A stretch of 64,000 nt of DNA, from the NCBI GenBank assembly GCA_051294375.1, contig CM119264.1:21547582-21611581 (forward strand), given 5' to 3'. Origin of the DNA: Paraspadella gotoi (Eukaryota > Animalia > Chaetognatha). A model generated the notes under the pieces. That model saw nothing but the letters and a program-made list of their open reading frames with translations, was not told the DNA's origin and did no database searches. Of the stretch, positions 41,293 to 53,555 are shown piece by piece. The number at the start of each line of letters is the position of its first letter. Position 1 is the first letter of the stretch. Both the position numbers and the translations under genes were made by a program.

Positions 41293-44200
41293 CCAGCAAA
41301 CTCGGATAAGAAAAAAAATGAAAAAAGACGGTAAAAAAAATAGGGCGAAAGAAAGAAGGATGCGATGAAAAGAAGTAAGAAAAAAAAAAGAAAAGAAAGA
41401 TCAAAATGGCGAAAGAAAAAAAATCCCTCGTCTCCTGAATTTTACGAGTGAGTTGGACGGACGTTGCCTCGGCGACGCGAACGCGACGTCCGCCTAATCG
41501 CAGCCGACGTAGACCGACGCCGCCCGACGCCGCTGGCCAGCCGAGGACGACGCCGACTTCAACGCCGCCCCTGGCAACGACGCCGCTCTCGATCACGCGC
41601 CACCGCGAAATGACGCGCGCGCGTTCGATGGTGCGTGGGATTGCGCGCGACGGTGGCGCTAGAGGGGGAGAAGAGAGAGAGTGAGAGAGAGTCAGTCTCT
41701 CTCTTTTTTTTTTTTTGCGTCATATGGCGCGCGTAATTGGGCACGAGATGGCAAGGAAGCCGCCCATCATCCTCGTGGCCGACCACCCAACCTCACCAGG
41801 TTTTCCTTCCCCCTTTCCCTCCTTTTTTCTCTTGAGCCTTCGGGGTCGCCACCGCCCTCCGCCTCCCCTCGTCTCCCGTCTGTAATGAAGAGAAGGGAAA
41901 AGCCTTAGTTCCCAGTAGTTACCGTTAGATAAGAAGGAAGCCTGGTCCGAAGAAAAAAAAGGGTCAAAGAAACGCTACTCTTGCTTTTTTATAACAGACT
42001 CTCTTTTCCTTTCCATCTTTCTATTTTCTCTCTTCAGCCGTTCCTTCATTTACGCTTTCACCTTTCCATCTATTTTCCCCCTCCAGTTTATGTTTATCCC
42101 TACACACTCTATATCTTTACTCTATCTGTATGTGATGTCTCCTCGTTCCATGTAAAATAAAATATGAAAAAAAAACGTGAAACCCAATTTGAGTTGTTTT
42201 TTCATAAATTTTTTTTAAAAACTACAAAGCGACGCGTCCCGCTTATTTTCTCGCTTTTTTTATCTCACACTGTTTTCATTCACCCCTCAGGTCCCCTCAC
42301 CGAATCGAATTTGAACCTTCCTAACATTCCTTGCCCCCGAAACCTTTTTTGTCATCCAACAACTTAACCGATTTTTCACCCATCTCTCGCCTCTCACCCA
42401 CCCCTCACTGCTTCTCTCCTTACTGCGCCCGCCAAAGCAGAAAAAAATGCCAAGTTGTCAGCGAGGTGACGCGACCAAAACCAAAGGGAGCGACGCCCTT
42501 TGGCACCATAAGCTCCATGGAAAAAAAAGGTGCCAAATAAGATGGATGACTGCCGATGACAACGAGGATGATGACGCTCCCCAACGGACGAAAATTGATG
42601 AGATCAGAATGACCCGAAGATTGAAGAATGGTGATATCAATGACTCGCTAAGTATTGATGCAACTCGAAATAGAAAAAAAATATCTTAACTTGTCACATG
42701 ATTTGTGCATTTTTGAAATTGGACGGAAAATCAGGGACTGTTTGTTGTATACATATACTTTTTCGGGCTTGGGATAAGAAACAGTATTTTCTGATCGACT
42801 TTCTGCATTTTTGTTAGTTTTTGTTAGTTTAGCTAGCCGAATCTTAAATTTAGCAAAGAGAATTATCAACGAAAATAAACAGGGTTTGTGTCAGATTCTG
42901 CTTATTTTCTAATTCAACTTAATTCCCTCCTTTTTTCGTCTTTTGGAAAACTAAAATTTATGATTTTATAAACACGAGCAAGCAGAACATAAGGTGTTTG
43001 ACTTTTGTAAAAATAAGCTTAGACCAATATCCTTTATCCATTTTTTATTTCGCATCAGAATTTAGGCAGGTAGATGGCAGCAAGAACTATAGCTGCAAAG
43101 TTAAAAAAAACAAATGATCCTTTTTTGATCCTCGCTAAGAATACGCCAATATTGACAATTTTTTTTTCACGGCATTGGTACGTAAATGTATAAAGTCATG
43201 CTGTGAAATTGCTCAACGTAATACTTGTTTTCATATAGGCGACATTAATTGCTAGTTTGCAAAAAAAATGTATTACGCAGCTCCAATGTGTTTTATATTA
43301 AAATAAATTCATGAAAATCGAGGAAAATAAAACTAAGGAATTAGAAAGGTAGCCAAAAATATTTCACTAATTTGTTAATGATATACAGAAATTGTAAATA
43401 GTAAATCGTATAGAGAAATACGAAGAACAGAAAAGAAACATAAAAATTGTAAAAAGTAAAGAGTTTAAAGTAAAATTTAATAAAAATAATTTCATAAAAA
43501 ATTAGCTGCCAATCAGAAGTTAAATGAATGAATTCAACAAACAAATCAGTTGATGATTTAATCACCTTGCTGTTGAAGAAGGGTTGGAAAATTCAAAGAT
43601 GAATTTCTGGTAATTATTATTACGAGCCGCATTGTTTGAATTGTTTAAGGTGTATTGCTGCTAAAAAAACAACACATTTTTATTGGAAGTAAAAATTTAA
43701 AATCTATACTATTTTCATCCAGACCTCGTAAACTTGTGGCATCATCACATAGAAACTCTGTTCGGTCACCCAAGTGATAACAATTGCATCGAAACTCATT
43801 TTCAAGATATTCTTATAAATTTTAATGTTTATCGGATTCATAAAAAAATGACAAAAAGGTAAATAAATGAACAAAATTATCAAAAAGCATTGGAACTTAA
43901 AAGTAATTTAAGAAAACTACATAATATCCGATTATACATGCAGAAATTGGCCCTCGGACTATCGGACATTTTCGTGACCTTCCTGTGATAAGGAAAAGAT
44001 TATGTTATGAACTGAAGGTTTTCTACTTATAAAAATGGTAAATTCGACGTCTTAGATGTGTCTTAGATTAGAGAAATTGACGCCACACCAAATCCAAACT
44101 TTTCCTTTCCAGTTGAAAAAAACCCCAAGAATCAGGGGCATTGTTCGTCGGTTAATTCCGCATTTGGAGGGCAGACAGAGGTATGTTACAGCATGAACAA

Positions 44201-45030
44201 TCATTATTTTTTTTCACGGAAAGAAGCGTGTTGTGGCCCAAAGGCCTCTTGGCCACTTTGCCGCAGTAAGACGAAATAAAATAGAATGAGGACGAACACT
44301 GAACTTATTAGAATTTCGAGATTTCGGGATAATTATTTATCTGGAAATTAATAGTTTCAGGTTGTCAATAAATATTTATAAAATGGTAAATATTAAACAA
44401 TTTATTTCTATTTTTTTAACTATTCTCCTACTGAATTTTGTTAAAAATTTTTAATCAGACTTGCTTAGTTTTTATTGTTAAGCTGTTATTATTTATCAAA
44501 AAGAGAGAAACATTTTTCACAAAAAATATAGGTTTTTACAACGATATCTTTGATATATTAGATATATTAGATACCTTTACAATTTTTGGGTGTAAGAAAT
44601 ATTTTCAAAATAAACTTTCTTTCTGAAATTATTAACCCCGGTGATTATCTGATTCAATTGAATGGACTCTAATAAGACCCTAAATAGATTATGTTTTGGT
44701 TGCATTTCAACGGTTAGGGTTACGAACTTAGCAAAGCATTGAATATTTGGCCCCCACTGAAAGCTATCTTTTTTTACGTTAAAAAGTTGAAAGGGTCAAA
44801 ATTCATAAATTGTAAGTGAATTATCAAAAAGAATTATAAAAAATTAATCTTGTAATAATCCCATAATTAAACTTTTCTTACCGAGTGCGACAATATTTAG
44901 GGGAAAGCCAAAGCAGCTGCCATCATCAATCCATCATTCCTATTATTTATAACTGATTACTGAAGCATTTCACAAACACTAACACAGAAAAGCGACAAAA
45001 TCACAAGCCATTACATTTTATCAATTTTTT

Positions 45031-45111
<81 letters not shown>

Positions 45112-45158
45112 GAAGAGAGGGAGAGAGGGAGGAGTGAGGAGAGAGAGAGAGAGACGAG

Positions 45159-45204
<46 letters not shown>

Positions 45205-45213
45205 AAGAGATCG

Positions 45214-47958
45214 TCACGCATCTTTAATTCCTTCTCCCGTGGCATCTGTAGGCGAAACTTTGACGAAGGATTTAAGAGAGACTCTGACGAGCAACTCGAA
45301 AATCTCCAAGGCGGTGATCATGGAGCAGCCGATCCACAGACTGGCGCAGCCGCCCAAGATTCCGGCGAAGACGAAGATATCGTATTTGGCCTTTTCTTCG
45401 ATGCGCTGATAAACGAGGGATTCGAAGAATATCTTAATCCTGAAATGTTTGTCAATTTCTTTAATTGAGCTTCTCTTCGGATTTAATATCAATGTCATTA
45501 ATGTTGTCATAGAAAATCGCGTCACCTGGCGACGTTTTTCCTAAAATCGCTCAAGTCGAAATTCTTTTGTGTTTGTCGGTTAAACTTAACGACTTGCTTT
45601 TCGCCATAGGAGCCGGCGGTGGGCCAAGAGGCGGCAGAGACGGTCTTGGAGTAGACCGACTCTTTGCAGGACAGTTTGCAAGAGGCTGAAGAGAACCGCG
45701 GCGACCGGGCGACCGGGGGTCGAGGGAGTGAGACAGAATTTCTTATTTTTAACTTCTCGTATTCAATTGAGTTTCCATGTACACGGATTAGACTCACTGG
45801 CGCATGCGTGCGAATTAAGATTCTGTCTGACTTCCTCCACACATTTCAGCGTCTCTGAGATTCTTTGACATTTCAATCGCAACGATTGTGGAACTTCGCA
45901 CTTTTCCTCGACGACGTCGTCGTCTTCCTCTTCCTCTTCTTCTGCTCATGGTATTGGTAGGTAAGTAATGTTGTTTATAATTACGGAAATTTTTTAAATT
46001 TAAATAAAAATACTCCGATAAACAAACCTTCTTCCTCTTCGTCTTCCCACGATGAGTGGCAGCACTTGTCAATGTCGAAAAAGGAGACACAATTGGTCAT
46101 GGATCTATAAAAGAACATTTGAAATGCGTAGGCATTCGGTCAACTGTATCGATGCGAAGGTTGTCTTCACAAAATAAAATTTCAATAAAAAACAGTCCTT
46201 TCACTGCTTTCACTGCTTCTTCAAACTTTTCTTCGTATACCACTTTCTTACCCGTTCCAATGCTCGCTCGGCCAAGGATGATAAGAAAAGACGCAGCCGC
46301 AATTTTCCGCAACTTGTTGCTGCAAACATGAGCGGATGCAGGCCGATTGAGAGTAGCGATAAATCGGGCTGGATCTGTCGTCAAAAACAAGTGAACGTCG
46401 CCCACAATAACTTGCTTAATGCTTATGTTTATTATATGTTTTGTGAAAAATAACAACTAATACTTTCCCCTCGCTACTGACTCGGAAACGTTTCCGTAGA
46501 CATTTTCCAGTCCGGCGGGATATTCTTTATTGCATCCATGGTGAGGTTTCGGCAACCGTTTGTGTTCCTCCATCTTGATTGCAATGCTGGTCGATTGACC
46601 GGGCAGTAACTTCAGGCCGTTGTCGCCTTGAACAGAGTAGTTTGTGTCTAGGCAAGACTGAAAGCACCATAATTGCTCAAGTTGGTTTACTAGTATCAAT
46701 TTAAACTTCTTAGGGCATTTTAAGAGTTGCTGTTTTGTTTTCTTTGGCACATTTAACAGCCACAAACCGTCGAAAAAACTGGACACCGCAACATCTCGAC
46801 ACAATTTAGTTTATTCAAATATGTAGCCCAAACACCTGCAAATGGAATCTTGTGGTGGTCGTGGAGAGTGACTATGACCTCCTTTCTGGTTCCACCGATT
46901 TCGTCGAGATGATCGTCCGCGTCGATGAAGAGCTTCATCTTGAGTCCATAGCGTCGACCCTTTCGGGAGGAGCGGAGGATCTTCGCCTCTGTTCCGCTAT
47001 TGAAAGTGTAGCAGTTCCCGTATCTGGATGGAGATGTAGTACAGGAAAGTGTCGATTTATTGATTGATTGATTTTTTTCACCGAAAGCTGAAGACGTAGC
47101 TGAAGCGTTCCTCGGAGCAGCCGGCGTCCGAGTTGTCCCACGAGCATTCGTAGATCAGATCTTCCTTCGTTACTCCCAACCACCTCGTCAGATTTCGGTG
47201 CTTGTTGTAGAGATAACCTAACATTTTATATAATAAGAAATAAATAAAAAGGGCAAATATTTTTACACAGTCGCGAAAGGGTTACTGCGGATCCGAATTC
47301 TTCTCACCGAAAGCGGCCCTTTCTCTTCCTTTGCCCCACCCTGCTCCGCCTTTTAAAATCGTCTCCAGCAGTTTGACGTCCTTCTTTTCGTTGAGACCAA
47401 AATATCTTTGCTCCTCCTTGGTAAGGAATTTTGGGTAGGGCAGAGTAAGATGGAGACAAGCTAAGGCTTAGGTGGCCCTTTCAAAGAAAGAACCTCATTA
47501 CTAGTAGGGTAAGCTCTTTCAAATATCAATACATTTTTTCACAATAACGAATTATCTAGAGGACTATTCTATTCTGGACAACGGGTATACTCGTTCACTC
47601 TTTGTGGTCATTTTCCCACCTTGAATTTAAAAAGCTTTGCTCACCTCCGATCAGCCCACTATACTTCTCTTGTTAATTTTTTGAGGCTTATTTATTGATA
47701 TTATTACGTATTGCTATTGTTTTGTTTTCGATCGACGCCCGATCATGATTACCGGCGAGGATACAATTTGACCAAGTCGTTTCTTGGAGAAGAAATTCCC
47801 CGAACAGATGGTGACACTGGGAAACTGAAGCGTCGAGTTGAGCTCCATTGAGATGCTCGTCACGAAAGGGTAACCGTAGTAGTCGTACACGCTCATGTAG
47901 ATCTGGAAAGTGGGGGAAGATATTATAGATGATGATGAAGACGATGATGATGATGATC

Positions 47959-47990
<32 letters not shown>

Positions 47991-48267
47991 CATGATGATG
48001 ATGATGATGAAGACGATGATGATGATCATGATCATGATCATGATGATGATGATGATATTGATGATAATGATGACAGGATAAACCAGTCCTCCAACTCGCC
48101 AACCTTTTCTGCATCACCTGATAAAAGGCGCAGGCGCAGGCGGCCACGACGGCCACGACCCAAAAGGACCTCAGGAAGAGGTGCGTCCGTGGACGAGCCG
48201 CTTGGGCGATGCCGTGGGCCGTGGTGCCGCTGGCGAAGTCGCCCAGGATCGAAGAGTAGGTCGACAT
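45214..48267 (-). CDS. DEG/ENaC-family (amiloride-sensitive-type) cation channel subunit, multi-exon
   Basis: Pre-TM1 FASGTTAHG; TM1 FWVVAVVAACACAFYQ (exon 48267-48118); YYGYP..FPSVTIC (47902-47753); LPKPHHGC; YSQSACIRSCLQQQVAENCGC; CKLSCKESVY..WP (45685-45526); TM2 ILGGCASLWIGCSMITALEIFE (45439-45214); GT-AG junctions in phase; some middle exon edges not fixed. Confidence 0.93.
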
Positions 48268-49359
48268 TGGAGAAAGTTATGGTTGTTGTTGATGATGTTG
48301 AAAAGAAGTTTACTTCCTCGAAGGAGGACATAAATTTTGCGACGGTTATTGATAATGATGACGATAATGATGACGATAATGATTTCGATTTTTTAATTCT
48401 TTTTTTACGCTAAACTTAACAACATTATTTAACAAAAAATATTGTTTTGATAAACAAGTAAGAGATCCTTCAACTTACTTTTCAGAATCGGCGCGTGTAA
48501 TATAGAGGATTCTGGTCAACTTATAAATCAAAATTTTCACAAGATACACGAAGTTTTAAAGGAACAAACAGACAGATAGACAGATTAGACAGTCTAATGG
48601 AATTGTACAGTCTGTCACACAAATGTTTATAACGAAATAATATTATTTTTTTCTTCATCTTTATATAAAGTATCACTTAGGGATAGAAATTGCGAAAGAG
48701 GAAAGAAGAGAAAGCTAGCTCGATAGTGAATTCAATTCACCACAAATTCCTTATTTAGTTATGAAGAAATTGATCAGGAATTAAATCGGGGAAGTGAATT
48801 GTTAAGATTTAATATAAAAATGCTCAAACGAAACAATATAGAAGCCAAAACAGAACAAGTTCAGAGAATAACCGATATGAAGACACAGTTTTGAATATGA
48901 GCAAACGTGCAGAAAGAATAACAAGTAAGCAGGTTTTGATTTTTTTGCTGAAAATACTTGCAATAGATTTGAGAGAAATGCCGGCAAATTGTACCATCGA
49001 GAAATATATTTGAATATTGGCCGTAATTCTTACTTCATGGAAGAACTTAGTAGTGTACACATTACGTAAAATTACATTTTGAAAAGTTCCCCGAGGTCCA
49101 GGATCCTAAAGAAAAACTAAATGTTTGATGTCCAGCTTATTTTGTTTTTAAACTCAGTATTTTAAGTCATTTACTAATAAAAACGCAAGGGAAACGTGAG
49201 TGAGATTTACTCTATTCTCCTTCGACGTTTTGGTCATTTTGGTGACGCCAACGATTTTTGATCTTTTTGTAGTACATTTTTGGGACACTGAGGCGAGTTT
49301 GAAAGAACCAAAGAGAGAGAGATAGAGGGAGGGAGCGAGAGAGAGAGAGAGAGAAAGAA

Positions 49360-49393
<34 letters not shown>

Positions 49394-49845
49394 TGAGAGT
49401 GAACAACCTTTCTCCATTGGGTCAATAAAAAACATTGATTTTTGGGCTTTTTAATATAGTTTGTTTATCAGCCATATCGGAAACAAAACAAAAAACCGCT
49501 CACGTCCACTCAATACTGAGCGGCAATCGCTGGCCAAAATACATTGCCAGATGAAATAAAATTACCCAAAAATATACTTAATGTAAAGCAGTTTTCCATA
49601 TTTTTCCCCTATCCCTGTCTCTCCTTCCTCCAATTCAATTTGTATAATAATAATAATATAATAATAATACAATTTCTATACCATTCCTCCATTTTTTTGC
49701 TTGACCAAGTCATTATTTTCACTTTTACTAATCCCCAAGCTATACCAATCTGCTTATATCTGAAATGACTAAGGTAACTTTGAAATTGATTCGTGAAATG
49801 CTTACGTCAACTATATTTCCCCTCACAAACCGCCCCCCCCCCGGG

Positions 49846-50257
49846 TCACTCGTTCTTCTCCCCAAACTCCTCCTCGTCCACCAACTCGGGGATCCCTCCG
49901 TTGTGTTCGCCGAAGCTACCGACTTTTTTCAAAAAGTTGTCGGTCATTTCGAGGCTGAAGTCGCCGGAGACCGTCGAGCCGTCGGCCTTGTCGTCGTCGT
50001 CTTCGTCGTCGTCGTTGTCGGCGGCGCTGACTGGACGGCGGCCGACGTCGCAGTTCACGATCGAGTCGAACCTGGATGATGCGCGGAGAGATGTTGTTGT
50101 ATCTGTTAAGTTTGCTTCATTCTCATCAATGCTATTTATAGCTAGATAGCAAAATGAATAACGATATCACTATAAAGGACTTGCGGAATTAAATTGATAA
50201 TTATGCTTATTATTTTTAACTTACTTTTCATTTGAAAAATGTCAAAATCGTAACTGT

Positions 50258-50327
<70 letters not shown>

Positions 50328-53018
50328 ACATCGAACCCTCTTCACCCGTAATCCTCGTCCAGGCGCCGATTTTCCTCTCGGCGCCGGAAGTAGTTAAAAT
50401 TTGAGACGATGACCGGGACCGGAAGCGCGATAGTGAGGACGCCGCAGATGGCGGTCAGGGATCCCACGACCTTACCCAGAGTACCCAAGGGATACATGTC
50501 GCCGTAACCCACCGAAGTCATCGTAACGATGGCCCACCAGAAGGAGGCGGGGATGCTGGAAGCCGAAAATATGTACTGTTAAAGAAGGTTACATACTTGT
50601 ATATATGTAATGTACTTGTAATGTATATTTTCAGATAGCAGGGAATAGGAAAATGATTAATAGACAGAAGGTGACGTACGAACAAAGTGATAACTAGTTT
50701 TTATTAGCAAAAAGTTGTGGCGGTGTCGTAAATCTGTCCTATTGATTTGACAGATGTATCGTCTCTGCCATATTGGCAAGTTAGTATCATCGATGATTAA
50801 CAATCAAGTTTGGTGTTAATGATAATGTCGTGATAAACTGTGCCATCGCTGGGTCCACGACCAAAAAGAGTGCGACCCGATGACACTGACCAATCCCCCC
50901 GGGCATCACCCCTCTTCACTGTCACATTTTTGACAAACTTCACCAAGCTTCTCACTTCTCCTAACCACCTGGAGAAGTGACTCCCCGGGATGTTGAGCTC
51001 GGCGAAGTAGACTGCGGAGGAGAAGAGGATGATGCCGATCGAGAGGAAGAAGACGAGGAGGCCCAACTCGTAGAGGCTCGCGTGCAGGGTTTGCCCAAGG
51101 ATCTGGAGACCCTTGGAGTGGCGCGAGAGCTTGAAGATGCGAAAGACGCGGACGAGACGCATGACTCGGAAGATGGCCAGAGTCTAGGGAAGGGGTTTGT
51201 GGAGAGAGTTAAGGAGAGAAGATAAAACCGTGAATAGCTTTTTAACAGTGTGTCAGGTGTCGTCTTAGTCCAGTGTCTAATGTGTCCTAATGAGTTCTCT
51301 GGCAAACCGACATAATCGGAACAAGCGTGACAGTGACTGCCTCTAATTGGTGAAATGTTTTGCGGCCCGGGCATCTCAGTCAATCTTACTTTAGCCAAGA
51401 CATTGTGGACGCAACATGTCAATATTGTACCGACTATCTAGGAAAAAAGTATATCACATAATTCATTTTTTCAATAAAAAGTATACAAAACATGGGTAAA
51501 ACATTTTCAATATTTAGTATTTCGTTCCTTGGCATCGACTACAGCCTGCATTCGTTTGGGCATGGTCTCATACAGCAAATTTAGATATGACAGTGAAATG
51601 TTTTTCCACATCTTTAATATAATTTTTTTCAGCCCTGATGTTAATGTTGCGCGTTTTCCCTCTTTTCTGAGAGCTATAATAGCACTTTTTTGAACCAAAA
51701 ATAGGTGCAAGGCCTTTAGCATTGCCAAATAAAAAAAAATAACTAATTTTATTCAAAATAAAAACAATCAATTAAATTACAAAAATGGTGGAATGCCATT
51801 TTTCGTTTGAAGTAACAGTATTTTTTTGCCTGTCACTTCTAAACGATTTGACCTACAAAAAAATAGAAGGAAGATACTGATATGAAATTCAATATAGATT
51901 TGGAAGCATTATAATTTTTTTAAAAATCAAATAAGTTTTCGATTAGATATCCTTTATTAAAAATGTGATAAACTTTTTTCCTAGATAGTATAAGTAAAGG
52001 TAAACAATAAAAAATTCTTCTCCCCATCGCCTCTCTTCTCACCTTATGCCCTTTTCCCTCTTCGCCTCCCCGCGCGCCCAATCCCACAAAGTAGGGGGCG
52101 ATGGCGATGACGTCGATGAGATTCATGGCGTTGAGGAAGTAGAGGTGTTTGTCGGGGCAGGTGGCGAAGCGGACGAGCAGCTCGAAGCAGAACCAGACGA
52201 TGCAGCAAGTCTCCACCACGAAGAAGTCGTCCGCGTCCCAGGAGGAGATAGAGGAGACGTCGGCGGACGAGGCGTTTGAGGCGTTGGAGGAGAAAGTGGC
52301 GTTGCGGTCGATCAAAGGGGGACTTGTAGGGGGCGCGGAGGATTCGGATAATAGATTTAAAAATTATTTAAACGGTTGATTTTAAACAAAGAAATTTTGA
52401 GGGTACGGGTCTATAGACGGACTTGATCGTCCTTGTGACGTTATTGGTAGTCTTCTTTTAGGATCATAAGTGCGACCAAATCTATACAGGTTTTTTTTCT
52501 TGTATAATTGTTTACAAATGCGATATGACTGTTCACCAATGGCATTACAATATAAGTATATAAGTAAAAAAAGGAAATATGAAAGCTACATATTAATTTT
52601 TATGCTAGCAGCTATGGTTAAAAAGTTTGCCTTGATAATAATAAGGGACACTGAAGTTAAGAATAGGAATCCCATCCTGGTCTCTCCAGTCTCCACTGAC
52701 TTTGACACCCTATCAAAGCATGAGCTCAACCCGGCGGACCATACCTTTTTCTTTTCTTAAAACGAGGCAGTGTCTCCAGACAAAAACAGGCGATGGAGAG
52801 GAGAGTGACGGCGACCGACCACAGCGCCAACCCGTGAGCGAACTTGGAAGTCTCCGGATGCTCGAAGAGTTGCCAGATGGCGCGCTGCACGGGATGACGG
52901 GGAAGAGGAGGCTCTACCGTCTCCTCGATGCCTTCGAGGAAGCGATACCGGGCGATCACCTCGTCCGCCAGTTGAAAGAAGATTATTTCCTGGAGCTAGT
53001 GGGTTGAGATGGGACCAG

Positions 53019-53063
<45 letters not shown>

Positions 53064-53138
53064 AAGAGAAAGAGAAGAGAGAGAGAGAAGAGAGATAGTG
53101 TAGTGTGTAAAATAAAATCGATAACTGACACCGGATGT

Positions 53139-53225
<87 letters not shown>

Positions 53226-53483
53226 AGAGAGAGAGAGATAGAGTAATAAGTAATATCACCATATTAAAGCGTAGAAGGTAAAAAGTTTTACGTATACTTT
53301 AATGGTCTCAACAAAAAAACAGAAATTAGGTTGGAGGATATATGTATGTAATATGTATGCTGCATGTGTGTAACTGCGTATGTATGTTTGTAAAAAATCG
53401 CCCGAGTAAAAGTAAAATCGATAAAAGGCAACGAAAACTGATATTTAGTAAAGAGAGAGAGAGAGACGAGAAGAGCGAGAAGG

Positions 53484-53555
<72 letters not shown>

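Noticed and set aside
39300-41910. GC-rich patches and long F/S/L-rich ORFs that could be exons of another gene
   Set aside because: Mostly polypyrimidine low-complexity sequence; no recognisable domain or consistent splice chain found by eye.
42447-42689. ORF with GKKR, suggestive of a neuropeptide amidation/cleavage site
   Set aside because: No signal peptide, no repeated peptides and no supportable exon chain.
47910-48413. Poly-Asp, poly-His and poly-Ile ORFs
   Set aside because: (GAT/CAT)n microsatellite inside the first DEG/ENaC intron; a similar run lies in a Kv intron at 50259-50327.
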